This document shows positions 16,494 to 25,547 of a stretch of DNA of 64,000 nucleotides, in pieces. The position numbers were made by a program, and so were the translations under genes. The DNA lies in the IMG/VR virus record IMGVR_UViG_2934734009_000001, positions 16,834 through 80,833 of that record; one strand, written 5' to 3'. The number at the start of each line of letters is the position of its first letter. The stretch's first letter is position 1. The DNA is from a virus (Duplodnaviria; Caudoviricetes). The notes under the pieces were generated by a model, which saw only the letters and a list, made by a program, of their open reading frames with translations, was not told the origin of the DNA and ran no database searches.

Positions 16494-17372
16494 GTGGGTG
16501 GGGTGGTCAGCAGCAACCGCATAGCCGACGCGGCACGGCAACTCCCCGCCGCCCTGCGCCGCATCGAACAGCAAGCCGCCCGCGACGCCGCAGCGCCCCT
16601 CGCCCAGGCCCTCACCGGCGCTCAGCAGGCAGCCACCCGGCAATGGCTCCACGCCACCGACCGGCAGACCCTCCCGTCACCCAGCGCCCTAGACCGGCTC
16701 ATCGCAGCCATCAAGCAACTCCTCGCCGACGCGTTCCGCGGCAAAGGCAAGCTGGCCGCCGACACCATCCGCATCGCCGCGTTCAACTCGGCCCAGCTCA
16801 GCGCCCGCCAAGCGTCCGCGCTCGCCACCGCCATGAGCGGAGAACCCACCCCGCCGATGCAGCCCGTCATCGGCCCGGAGGCCGCCACCGCCGCCGACGC
16901 TGTTCCCGCCGCAGTCGAAGACGAACATCAGCGGGCCCTCGCGCTCCTAACCGCGGCCAGCGTCACCGCCCTCGGATTCGCAGGCGTCACAGGAGTGTTC
17001 AACCGGGCCCGGCGCGCCGTTACCCGCATCAGCCGGCACGCCGCCGTCGCCGTCACCAGCGCCGCTGCACACGCCGCCACCGCCGTTGCCCGCGCCATCG
17101 GGCCCACCACCCGGCTCCTCTGGGTCGCCGAACCCGGGGCATGCCCTGCCTGTGGCGCCTACGCCGGGCGCAGCGTCGTCGCCGGCCGCCGGTTTCCCGC
17201 CGCCCTCAGCCTCGACCCGCGGCGCACCGTATTCGCCACCGCCCCCACCGGGCCCCCGCTGCACCCGCACTGCCAGTGCTGGACGATCCCCTACTCCCCC
17301 ACCTGGCCCGTCGACGGCACACCACTACCCGCCCTACTGCGCCGGGCCGCACGAACCGAACGGAGGGTCTGA
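16494..17372 (+). CDS. Minor capsid / head morphogenesis (MuF-like) protein
   Basis: LLWVAEPGACPAC...PPLHPHCQC motif; exact start uncertain. Confidence 0.75.
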   Translation: MGGVVSSNRIADAARQLPAALRRIEQQAARDAAAPLAQALTGAQQAATRQWLHATDRQTLPSPSALDRLIAAIKQLLADAFRGKGKLAADTIRIAAFNSAQLSARQASALATAMSGEPTPPMQPVIGPEAATAADAVPAAVEDEHQRALALLTAASVTALGFAGVTGVFNRARRAVTRISRHAAVAVTSAAAHAATAVARAIGPTTRLLWVAEPGACPACGAYAGRSVVAGRRFPAALSLDPRRTVFATAPTGPPLHPHCQCWTIPYSPTWPVDGTPLPALLRRAARTERRV

Positions 17373-17920
17373 TGGCTGACGACATTGAGGAGGCCGACGT
17401 GCCCCAAGGCGTAATGGCCTCCAGCAAGTGGAAGCGGTTCCGTGAACTGCACACCCAAGGGCTCGGCCGCAACGCAATCTCCCGCGAGATGGGGATCTGC
17501 TTTGCGGTGGTGTCGCGGACTGCAGAACACCTGGAGCTCACCTTCGACCGGTCGCGCATCGAGGCCGCAACGGCCGCGCGCCTCGCCGACCTTGCTGAGC
17601 GGCGCAGCATCCTTGCTGAGCAACTCACCAGCGACGCCGAACGCCTCCGGAAGAAGCTGTGGGAGCCGACGTTCGTGTACGCCTTCGGCGGGGCGCAGAA
17701 CATCTACAACAGCGAGCCCGTCGACGAACCGCCGCCTGCCGACAAACGCTCCCTCATGAGCACCGCTGGCATAGCCATCGATAAGTCAATCAAGCTCGCG
17801 CCGGCGGAGACCAGCGGTAGCGGAGCGGATGACGCCAAGTCCATGCTCGGGAAGCTCGCACAGGGCATTGCGGAGATCGCCAACCAGCCTGACGAAACAC
17901 CCCTAGAGGGCGAGCAGTGA
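17372..17920 (+). CDS. Putative terminase small subunit (HTH)
   Basis: Start MADDIEE overlaps the upstream stop; RELHTQGLGRNAISREMG HTH and C-terminal AKSMLGKL; upstream of terL. Confidence 0.7.
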   Translation: MADDIEEADVPQGVMASSKWKRFRELHTQGLGRNAISREMGICFAVVSRTAEHLELTFDRSRIEAATAARLADLAERRSILAEQLTSDAERLRKKLWEPTFVYAFGGAQNIYNSEPVDEPPPADKRSLMSTAGIAIDKSIKLAPAETSGSGADDAKSMLGKLAQGIAEIANQPDETPLEGEQ

Positions 17921-18045
17921 TGAGGCTCGCGACGGCCCCAAGTCGCGTCAAAATTGGTAGAATTGGCAGGTCAAACTACATACAGGACCCCCGCGACGGC
18001 TGGAACCGTCCGGGGGCGCGGCCGACACTTCAGAGGAGTGCCGAC

Positions 18046-18891
18046 ATGACCAAGCGTACCTGCGACGTGCCTGAATGCGAAGAGATCCACTACGGGCGCG
18101 GGTGGTGCAGACTGCATTACCACCGCTGGTTTCACCACGGGAGCACAGACAAGCCAGTCCGGAAGCGCTCCATTGCGCCGCCGTGCAGTGTCGACGGATG
18201 CGAGCAGCCGTCCGCAGACAAGGGCCTCTGCTCTACCCACTGGCACGAGATGCGGGCGCGGCAAACCGCCACTCGGCAGAGCCCCAAGCCCCACGAGACC
18301 GCCCGGCATCACTCCGACACCGAGGCGGTCAAGCCAAAGGGCGATCGGATTTGCACCCGTGGCGACTGCGACAAGAACACCGCCGCTAAGGGGCTTTGCA
18401 GTTGGCACTACCAGCTGGCCCGAGACGCCCGCCAGCCTGCCTGTTCGGTCGACGGGTGTGAAAGGCCGGAGCGAGCCAAGGGGCTGTGCCCTAACCACTA
18501 CGCCTATAAGAGGAAGTACGGCATTCTCTCCCCGCAGTTCACGTGCGAGGGCTGCCGGAAGGTCTTCCCAGGGAGGGCGATTACTCGGCATTGCGTTGCT
18601 TGCAAGCCGACCCCCAACTTCTACGCCGTGGGGCGCAAAACGCGCCTGTCAATCAACAATGCGGGCATGACCGACGCCGACCACGAGGAGTCGGCCGCGT
18701 ACCGGCAGATCATCAAGGGAGACCCCTGCGTGTACTGCGGGGCCACCAGCGTGGCCATTGACCACGTCACCCCCGTCATCGAAGGGGGAACTGACCTCTG
18801 GGTCAACTTGGCCCCCGTCTGCAAGCCCTGCAACTCCTCGAAGAGGAGCCGGTCTGTCCTGACCGTCCTTCTCGACAGGCTCACGCCATGA
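18046..18891 (+). CDS. HNH endonuclease with four repeated Cys/His zinc-finger units
   Basis: GAGGAG RBS; four C-x4-C-x9-C-x2-H repeats; C-terminal CVYCG...IDHVTP...GG...NLAPVCKPCNSSK. Confidence 0.88.
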   Translation: MTKRTCDVPECEEIHYGRGWCRLHYHRWFHHGSTDKPVRKRSIAPPCSVDGCEQPSADKGLCSTHWHEMRARQTATRQSPKPHETARHHSDTEAVKPKGDRICTRGDCDKNTAAKGLCSWHYQLARDARQPACSVDGCERPERAKGLCPNHYAYKRKYGILSPQFTCEGCRKVFPGRAITRHCVACKPTPNFYAVGRKTRLSINNAGMTDADHEESAAYRQIIKGDPCVYCGATSVAIDHVTPVIEGGTDLWVNLAPVCKPCNSSKRSRSVLTVLLDRLTP

Positions 18892-20141
18892 GCCGGGCCG
18901 CAATCGACTTGCCGCTTTCGCGTAAGCAGCTCGACTTCATTGGTCGGTCGACTGCGCGCATCAACCTGGCCCATGGTTCGGTGCGTAGTGGCAAGTCGAT
19001 CGCGGTCACGCTGGCATTTTTCATCGCGGTATCGCAGGCTCCGGCTTCAGGCCTCATTTTGATCGTCGGGCGCTCGCTGCAGACGATCGAGCGGAACGTG
19101 CTGGAACCAATGCAGGACCCCGAGCTATTCGGCTCGCTCGCTCAAGAGGTAGTCCACACTCGCGGCGCCACGACTGCCGTGATCCTGGGGCGAACCGTGC
19201 ACTTGGTTGGCGCCTCCGACGCGCGAGCGGAGGGTCGCCTCCGAGGGCTTACTGCCTGCCTGGCCATGGCCGACGAGCTGACCCTTCTGCCTGAGGGGTT
19301 CGTGAAGCAGCTGCTAGGGCGCCTCAGTGTCCCAAATGCCCAACTTTACGCGAGTACGAACCCGGATAGCCCCAGTCACTGGGTGCGCCGTGACTTCCTC
19401 GCCCGCGAAAGTGAGCTGGACTTGCGTTCGTGGCACTTCACTCTCAAGGACAACCCAAGCCTCACCCAGGAATACATCGACAACCTCAGCACCGAGTACA
19501 CCGGCCTGTGGCGGAAGCGGTTCCTCGAAGGGCTCTGGGTGGCCGCCGAAGGCGCCATCTACGACATGTGGGACGAAGGCCAGCACGTCGTCGACGCCCT
19601 CCCTCGAATGCATCGCTGGCTCGCCGTGGGGGTCGACTACGGCACGACAAACGCCTTCGCAGCAGTACTGCTCGGCCTCGGTATCGATCGCCGACTGTAC
19701 GTGGCCTCCGAGTGGCGGTACGACGCGCGTCACCAGCGGAGGCAACTGACCGACTTTGAGTACTCGGAGCGCCTTCGGGGTTGGCTGCGAGACGTCCCCG
19801 GTATCGGCCCGGTCCGCCCGCAGTTCGTGACTGTCGACCCGTCCGCGGCGTCTTTCATTCAGCAGCTCAGGCGGGACAAGCTCACGCCAACACCAGCCAA
19901 GAACTCCGTGCTGGACGGCATCCGCACCGTCTCCTCGCTGTTCGCAACCGACCGACTCAAGGTGCATGCCTCGTGCCAAGAGCTGATCGCCGAAATCAGC
20001 GGCTACGCCTGGGACGACACCGCCGCTGGGAAGGGCGAGGACAAGCCGATCAAGGCAGCAGACCACAGCTGCGACGCGCTCAGGTACGGAATTTTTACCA
20101 CCCGCGCTCTGTGGCAGCGCCAGCTCGCCCAAGCCGCTTAG
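18888..20141 (+). CDS. terL: Terminase large subunit (PBSX-like)
   Basis: Walker A GSVRSGKS, Walker B MADELTLL, STNPDSPSHW, nuclease motifs VDYGTTNA and DHSCDALRY. Confidence 0.93.
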   Translation: MSRAAIDLPLSRKQLDFIGRSTARINLAHGSVRSGKSIAVTLAFFIAVSQAPASGLILIVGRSLQTIERNVLEPMQDPELFGSLAQEVVHTRGATTAVILGRTVHLVGASDARAEGRLRGLTACLAMADELTLLPEGFVKQLLGRLSVPNAQLYASTNPDSPSHWVRRDFLARESELDLRSWHFTLKDNPSLTQEYIDNLSTEYTGLWRKRFLEGLWVAAEGAIYDMWDEGQHVVDALPRMHRWLAVGVDYGTTNAFAAVLLGLGIDRRLYVASEWRYDARHQRRQLTDFEYSERLRGWLRDVPGIGPVRPQFVTVDPSAASFIQQLRRDKLTPTPAKNSVLDGIRTVSSLFATDRLKVHASCQELIAEISGYAWDDTAAGKGEDKPIKAADHSCDALRYGIFTTRALWQRQLAQAA

Positions 20142-20154
20142 GAAGGACTCTGTC

Positions 20155-21849
20155 ATGCCGCTGCCTCCGTCTGGGAACACCCCGTGGCCCCCGCCTCGCC
20201 TGGATATCCCGCACGCCGACATGGACATGTGGCGGGCCTGGTACGCCGGCGACACCGGGCATCTGGCGCAGGTGTACGGCGGGACGGCCGCCTACACGCG
20301 GAATGGTGTGGCCCGCGCGTTCTTCGACGTCGACAAGCGGCGGGCGGTGGGTGGTGACGAGCTCAGGATGTTCTGGGGGCAGGAGCCGTCACCCGGCCAG
20401 CAGGCGGCGAAGCTGCATGTGCCGATCGGCGGGGACATTGCGGAGATGTCCGCGAACCTGCTGTGGGCGGAGGTGCCGCAGGTCACCGTCGACGTTGACT
20501 CGACGGACAAGGCTACGGCCGCGTCGACGCAGGCGCAGATCGGCCGGTACTTGGATGACCGGGGGCACGCGAAGATGCGTGAGGCGGCCGAGCTGGCGGC
20601 CGGCTTGTCGAACGTGTACCTGCGGGCTGTGTGGGACACGTCGCTGCGCCCGCGGCCGTGGTCGGATGTGATCCAGGCGAACGCCGTGGTGCCGGAGTGG
20701 CGGTGGGGGATGCTCGCCGCGGCGACGGTGTGGCGGGAGCTGGAGCCACTAGACGAGGACAGTGGCGTGTGGCGGCTGTTGGAGTACCACACCCCGGGGG
20801 CGATCGAGTACGGGGTGTATAAGGGCGACGGCCGCACCCTCGGCATGACCATGGCGTTCGCCGACCATCACGAGACCGAGTTCCTGGTGAAGCGCACCGA
20901 CAGCCAGGGGCGGCAGGCGACGGGGATTGACCGGCTGCTGATTACACACCTGCCGAACGTGCTGCCCAACCGGATCTGGGACGGGGTCGCGGACACCGCC
21001 CCGCTCGGCCGCTCCGACTACGCGGGCATCGAGCCGATGATGGACGCGCTCGATGAGAGCTGGACGTCATGGATGCGCGATCTGCGGCTCGGCAAGGCCA
21101 AGATCGTTGTCCCTCAGTCGATGCTGGATACGGACGGCGCTGGCTCGGGGGCGACGTTCGACCTGGACAGGGAGGTCGTCGTCGCTCTGGGTGGCCTGAT
21201 CGGCGCAGAGACGATGAAGGACTCGCTCACCGAGATCCAGTTCAAGATCCGGGTCGAGGAGCATGAGGCGACGACCAAGGCGCTGCGCCGCCAGATCCTG
21301 GCTTCGGCCGGCTACTCCGCCCAGTCCTACGGCGAGGAGGGGTCGGTGGCAGTGACCGCAACGGAGGTCGCAGCCCGCAAGGAAGAGAGCCTGACGACCC
21401 GCGGCCTGAAGATCCTGTATCAGCGGCCAGCACTGCTGGAGCATCTAACGACCCTGATGACGGTTGACGTGACGCACTGCGGGGCGAAGGGTGTGGACCC
21501 GACAGCAGAGCTGACCGCGTCGTGGCCTCAGGCGGTGCAGCCGGACCCGGAGGCGACGGCGCGCACGCTGTCGTTGCTGGAGTCGGCGGGTGCGATCAGC
21601 ACGTACATGAAGGTGAAGATGCGGAGCCCTGAGCTGGACGAGCCGGAGGTGTTGGCGGAGGTCCGGCGGATCCGGGACGACAAGGCGCAGGCAACGCCAG
21701 CCGGGGACCCCTTCAATACGGACGGCGAGGCTCCGAACGAGGAGCAGCCGGACGACGAGGTCGAGCCCGGCTTCGATGAGGGCCAGGGCGAGGAGCCGGA
21801 CGAGGAGGAGCCGGTGGGCGGGGGCTCGCGTCCGGAGCTGGCGGCTTAG
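20155..21849 (+). CDS. Portal protein
   Basis: 564 aa after terL; LGRSDYAG, DESWTSWMRD and TATEV motifs of A118/SPP1-type portals. Confidence 0.9.
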   Translation: MPLPPSGNTPWPPPRLDIPHADMDMWRAWYAGDTGHLAQVYGGTAAYTRNGVARAFFDVDKRRAVGGDELRMFWGQEPSPGQQAAKLHVPIGGDIAEMSANLLWAEVPQVTVDVDSTDKATAASTQAQIGRYLDDRGHAKMREAAELAAGLSNVYLRAVWDTSLRPRPWSDVIQANAVVPEWRWGMLAAATVWRELEPLDEDSGVWRLLEYHTPGAIEYGVYKGDGRTLGMTMAFADHHETEFLVKRTDSQGRQATGIDRLLITHLPNVLPNRIWDGVADTAPLGRSDYAGIEPMMDALDESWTSWMRDLRLGKAKIVVPQSMLDTDGAGSGATFDLDREVVVALGGLIGAETMKDSLTEIQFKIRVEEHEATTKALRRQILASAGYSAQSYGEEGSVAVTATEVAARKEESLTTRGLKILYQRPALLEHLTTLMTVDVTHCGAKGVDPTAELTASWPQAVQPDPEATARTLSLLESAGAISTYMKVKMRSPELDEPEVLAEVRRIRDDKAQATPAGDPFNTDGEAPNEEQPDDEVEPGFDEGQGEEPDEEEPVGGGSRPELAA

Positions 21850-22010
21850 CGGCGGCGCGCACCCCTGCGGGCGGGGAGTGTGCGGTAGCCGGTGGTCTTG
21901 CCGTAGCTGCGCTTCCGGGCTCGGGCCCAGCGGTGCGCGAAGCGTTGACGGGTGGCGAAGGCCCAGCGCCACTGCGCCTGGGAGCGGACCTTGCCGCGCT
22001 GTCTGGCCAT
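21846..22010 (-). CDS. Small Arg-rich basic protein
   Basis: MARQRGKVRSQAQWRWAFAT..., GGAGA RBS; converges on the portal gene. Confidence 0.65.
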   Translation of the reverse strand: MARQRGKVRSQAQWRWAFATRQRFAHRWARARKRSYGKTTGYRTLPARRGARRR

Positions 22011-22114
22011 GACGTTCTCCATTCGTTGACCTCCCTGGAGTGTTCCCGCCGACCACCTGCGCACAACGCCTCGGGCCCGCCTGATGGTTCAGGGCGGGCC
22101 CAGGGTGGGGGTGG

Positions 22115-22336
22115 TCACATCTGCTGGAGGTCTTCGTTGTGCATGGCGAGGGCTTCGTCGGTGCTTGCCGCTTGGTCCACCGTGCCGTCGGGGAGAACGT
22201 GAGTGGCGGTGACGATGATCCATCCGCCGTCGGGGCGGAGGTGGATTCGGTGGTCGGCGTCGGGGTCTCGGTGCTCGGCGAGTAGGGCGACGATCTGGTC
22301 TCGGGGCAGGCTGATGCGCGGGTAGCTGGCCGTCAC
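22115..22336 (-). CDS. Hypothetical protein
   Basis: GTG start overlaps the upstream stop; GGAGG RBS. Confidence 0.6.
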   Translation of the reverse strand: MTASYPRISLPRDQIVALLAEHRDPDADHRIHLRPDGGWIIVTATHVLPDGTVDQAASTDEALAMHNEDLQQM

Positions 22337-22593
22337 ATGTCCTCCTGTACGTATCCGGTGCGGCGGGGTGTGCCGTCGCGGGTGGTGGCTGTGGTGTGGA
22401 GCTGGGTGACCTCGACGGCGCGGCGGCGGATCTCCCGACCGTTGTCGGTGATGGTGACGATGTCGACCTTGTTGAGCCCGTAGACGCCTGGCTTGCCGAT
22501 GAGCTCGTCGACGACCTTGATCCGGGTGTGCCGCTGTTGGGGGTCGGACTTGATCGGAGACGCGGACCGGTAGGTCTGTCCGGGCTGGATCAT
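22333..22593 (-). CDS. Hypothetical phage protein
   Basis: MIQPGQTYRS...TRDGTPRRTGY; coupled start/stop. Confidence 0.65.
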   Translation of the reverse strand: MIQPGQTYRSASPIKSDPQQRHTRIKVVDELIGKPGVYGLNKVDIVTITDNGREIRRRAVEVTQLHTTATTRDGTPRRTGYVQEDM

Positions 22594-22841
22594 CGCGGGG
22601 GCTCCTGGGTGGTGGTGTCGTTCTTGTTCCAGGCGTTCTCGTAGCGCTGCCACCGCTGCCCGTCGACGTCCCACTGTTCGACGGTGATGCGGGTGACGCG
22701 GCTGCTGCCGTTGGCGACGCGCTGCTTCTCTTCGTCGATCGCTCGGTAGGTGGCGGGCTTGGATCGGTGGGTGGTGTAGACGGGTCCACCGGCGGTGATG
22801 AGGACGAGCCGCCAGGGCTTGGAGGGCTTGCGAGCGTTCAC
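22590..22841 (-). CDS. Hypothetical protein, paralog of 22897..23109
   Basis: RKPSKPWRLVL...HRS...VEQW...W; GAGGAG RBS. Confidence 0.65.
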   Translation of the reverse strand: MNARKPSKPWRLVLITAGGPVYTTHRSKPATYRAIDEEKQRVANGSSRVTRITVEQWDVDGQRWQRYENAWNKNDTTTQEPPR

Positions 22842-22896
22842 GGGCGTTCTCCTCGGGTTGTGGGCTGCCGTGCCGTACACAGCAGCCCAGGGGCGG

Positions 22897-23109
22897 TCAG
22901 GGGATGTCGTCGGCGTTGACGGTCTCGAACCACCGCCACTGGCCGCTCTCCCAGTACTCGACGCGGGCCTGTTCGGCTGGGCTGTCACCGCCGAGCGTCG
23001 CACGCACCAGGGCGTAGGCCTTGGCCTCGCTGCCGTGGTCGGAGGTGGCACGGACGTCAGGCCCGGTGACGATGACTCGCCACGGCTTCCGGGGCTTCCT
23101 GGTGGCCAT
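22897..23109 (-). CDS. Hypothetical protein
   Basis: RKPRKPWRVIV...HGS...VEYW...W; AGGAG RBS. Confidence 0.65.
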   Translation of the reverse strand: MATRKPRKPWRVIVTGPDVRATSDHGSEAKAYALVRATLGGDSPAEQARVEYWESGQWRWFETVNADDIP

Positions 23110-23113
23110 CGGT

Positions 23114-23413
23114 CTACTCCTGGGCGAGGTTGGCGAGGCGCGAGAGCATGCTGGCCTGGTCGCCGCTGCTGGTGACCCATGCCCCGCCCGGCGCGTAAGC
23201 GGTCGTCCGGGTCGGAAGGAACGCCTCCTGGTGACCCTCCGGCGTGATCAGGAGCGAGCCCCGCAACTGGTCGTCGGCCGGGGCTTCTCCGGCGTACAGG
23301 CAGAGTCGGAGAAGCCCGGCGTTGTCGGTGCCGAGGGCGAGGACGTGCCCGTCGGGGGTGGTGTCGTCGGTACCGGTCCACCGAATGTCCAGGTCGGCAA
23401 GGCGGATGCTCAT
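23114..23413 (-). CDS. Hypothetical protein
   Basis: RBS, operon context, GC-rich third codon positions. Confidence 0.65.
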   Translation of the reverse strand: MSIRLADLDIRWTGTDDTTPDGHVLALGTDNAGLLRLCLYAGEAPADDQLRGSLLITPEGHQEAFLPTRTTAYAPGGAWVTSSGDQASMLSRLANLAQE

Positions 23414-23417
23414 CGGT

Positions 23418-23519
23418 CTACTCCTCGTTGTCTTCCTGCTCGCTGCGCCAGGTGTCGCAGTTCTGGCAGTGCTCGTCGTCCTGCTGGTTCTCGGTGCCGC
23501 AGTTCTCGCAGGTCCACAT
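23418..23519 (-). CDS. 33-aa RanBP2-type zinc-finger microprotein
   Basis: Hand translation MWTCENCGTENQQDDEHCQNCDTWRSEQEDNEE; GAGGA RBS; fills the operon gap. Confidence 0.7.
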   Translation of the reverse strand: MWTCENCGTENQQDDEHCQNCDTWRSEQEDNEE

Positions 23520-23521
23520 GG

Positions 23522-23635
23522 TCAGTCCTCGTTGTTGTCGTATCGAGCGTCCCAGTACCGGTCGTCAGACTGGGCGACTTCGCGTGCGGTGTCCTCCCAC
23601 GGCGGCAACGGGGCCGGGGCAGGCGGCGGGGTCAC
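23522..23635 (-). CDS. 37-aa hypothetical microprotein
   Basis: GTG overlaps the upstream stop; MTPPPAPAPLPPWEDTAREVAQSDDRYWDARYDNNED. Confidence 0.5.
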   Translation of the reverse strand: MTPPPAPAPLPPWEDTAREVAQSDDRYWDARYDNNED

Positions 23636-24087
23636 GGGGTGCCGCCGTGTTCACGGGCGGTGTGGCGGTACAGCTCTTCCTCGGCGGACCCGTCGTCGAC
23701 GTGCCACACCGTGGTGCGCCACCCGCACGTGCTGCACTTGCGGGACACTTCGGCGCTGGTCGCGGTGACGGACCGGAGGTACAGGCCCCCGCCGCCACCA
23801 CCGAACGGGCTGCTCTCGGAGGTGTAGCCGTGGCAGTCGTCGGCCTCGCACGCATACGGGTCGAAGACCGGGGCGAATGGCTTCGGGTAGTCGTCCTGCG
23901 GGCAGCGGCACACGGCCTTTCGGGCTGCGCGCCGGGCTTTCATGCGGGCGAGGCGTTGGGCGTTGGTGGGCTGCTCCCACTGGTGGCCGCCCTTCCCGCG
24001 CAGGTACTGCCAGCCGTGCGGCTTGTCGTAGCCGCACCACCGGCAACCATCCGGGTTCGGGGCGGTCTGATGGCGGATGGCATTCAA
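23632..24087 (-). CDS. Cys/His-rich hypothetical protein
   Basis: PDGCRWCG...HQWEQPT; CSTCGW; coupled to neighbours. Confidence 0.65.
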   Translation of the reverse strand: MNAIRHQTAPNPDGCRWCGYDKPHGWQYLRGKGGHQWEQPTNAQRLARMKARRAARKAVCRCPQDDYPKPFAPVFDPYACEADDCHGYTSESSPFGGGGGGLYLRSVTATSAEVSRKCSTCGWRTTVWHVDDGSAEEELYRHTAREHGGTP

Positions 24088-24533
24088 GGGCGAGCGTCCT
24101 TCGGGGCGTTGCGGCGGGCGGTCTCAATTGCGACGCGGGCGTCGTGCCGCGCCCTGCCGGTGAGGCCGGGAGGGAGGCCCGTCGGGCGGGCGCCGGACGG
24201 GGCATCGGCGTTCAACTTGAGTGCGTCGAGGAGCAGGTCGGTGTCGACGGTGGAGTTGCACTTGTCGTCGGCTTCCTCGGCCAGGCGCTCCACGGCGGCA
24301 AGGCGGGACTCGGCGGTGTCGCGGTGCCGGCGGAGGACGTTCATGGCACGGGCGTTCTCCGCCAGCTCGGCGGTCACGTCGGACAGCTCCCCACGGAGTC
24401 GGTCGACCTCGGCCAGCAGGTCACCAAGGGCTTCGCGTCGCGCCACGGCGGTGCGATCCGTCAGACGGTGCAGCTCCTTGTGGCAAATCCGGATCATGCG
24501 CTCGCGCTCAGGGGTCATGGGGGTGTCGGTCAT
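24084..24533 (-). CDS. Hypothetical coiled-coil phage protein
   Basis: LLAEVDRLRGEL motif; coupled start. Confidence 0.6.
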   Translation of the reverse strand: MTDTPMTPERERMIRICHKELHRLTDRTAVARREALGDLLAEVDRLRGELSDVTAELAENARAMNVLRRHRDTAESRLAAVERLAEEADDKCNSTVDTDLLLDALKLNADAPSGARPTGLPPGLTGRARHDARVAIETARRNAPKDARP

Positions 24534-24748
24534 CGGGGTCCTTCCGGAGACAGGGCGGGGATCAGCTCGTTGGCGGTGTAGCTGGCGGGCAGTTGATCCG
24601 GGTCGCCGTCGAGGAGCACCCCGTACTGGTCCCCGTAGATCCCGGTGACCGTTCCCTGGGTTCCGGCGGGCGCGGACCATGCGCCTTCCCATGCGGCGGG
24701 GGCGTCAACGGTCGTCTGTACCCGTTGGCCGATCTCGTAGTTCGTCAT
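24530..24748 (-). CDS. Small SH3-like hypothetical protein
   Basis: IGQRVQT...GTQGTVTG...YGVLLDG; GGAG RBS. Confidence 0.65.
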   Translation of the reverse strand: MTNYEIGQRVQTTVDAPAAWEGAWSAPAGTQGTVTGIYGDQYGVLLDGDPDQLPASYTANELIPALSPEGPR

Positions 24749-24757
24749 TGGGGTCTC

Positions 24758-25096
24758 CTAGGCGGCAAGGGCGAGCTTGGCGGCAACAAGGCGGTAAGCG
24801 GGCTTGCGTGCCTTGTAGTTGGCGGCGATGAGGGCGACCTGGGTACAGGTGTAGCGGAGGCAGTTCCGCATGTGACGCCCGGCGTGGGCACGACCGGCGG
24901 TGCCGAGGATGCCGAGCTTCGCGGCGACCTTACGGAGGGTTCCGGCGACGGAGGTGGCGTCGCGGTGGGACAGCCCCTGGGCCATGGCGTGCGCGGCGAG
25001 GGTGCCGGTGCCGCGCCGGCGGATGCGTGCGGCGGCCCGGTTGGCGAGCTGGCGGGCCTTGAGTGTGGCGCGGCGGGTGCGGTTGCTGGCGATCAC
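24758..25096 (-). CDS. Basic hypothetical protein, first gene of leftward operon
   Basis: GAGGGGG RBS; Arg/Ala-rich. Confidence 0.7.
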   Translation of the reverse strand: MIASNRTRRATLKARQLANRAAARIRRRGTGTLAAHAMAQGLSHRDATSVAGTLRKVAAKLGILGTAGRAHAGRHMRNCLRYTCTQVALIAANYKARKPAYRLVAAKLALAA

Positions 25097-25141
25097 GGGT
25101 CCCCCTCGGGTGGTGCTGTGCGGCTTGGCGATGACTCCATA

Positions 25142-25167
25142 GTTGCATCACGAGGATGCAACGTCAA
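25142..25167 (-). promoter_or_regulatory. Operator palindrome inside leftward promoter
   Basis: GTTGCATC-ACGAG-GATGCAAC perfect 8-bp inverted repeat (25142-25162) beside minus-strand TTGACG; more GATGC/GCATC half-sites up to 25249. Confidence 0.6.
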
Positions 25168-25249
25168 GCGGTATTCTGGAGTGACAACATAGGGATGCAT
25201 CGCTAGGGTGCCTATCGGGGATGCGACAAGACGTGGCATCATCAGATGC

Positions 25250-25537
25250 ATGACCGCGACCGAGAAGAAGCAGCAGGCAGCACGCGACAAGCTCACCGAG
25301 CTCGGAGCCGCCTACAACGCGGCCGAGGAACAACTCGACGCCGCCCGCACCGCCCTCAACGAGGGCATCGTCGAAGTCCTCAAGGCCCGCACCCTAGGCC
25401 CCTCCGAGGTCACCCGACTCGTCCCCTACGAGCGGCAGCACGTCGGCCGCATCTCCAAGGCAGCCGGCATCCCGCCGCTGCGAGAACGAACCGTCGTCAG
25501 CGCCAAGAAGGCAGTTGGAGGAGATACCTCCGGCTGA
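25250..25537 (+). CDS. Small HTH-like DNA-binding protein, probably leaderless
   Basis: LGPSEVTRLVPYERQHVGRI HTH-like segment; CATCAT 7 nt before ATG, no RBS. Confidence 0.65.
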   Translation: MTATEKKQQAARDKLTELGAAYNAAEEQLDAARTALNEGIVEVLKARTLGPSEVTRLVPYERQHVGRISKAAGIPPLRERTVVSAKKAVGGDTSG

Positions 25538-25547
25538 GGAGGAATCC

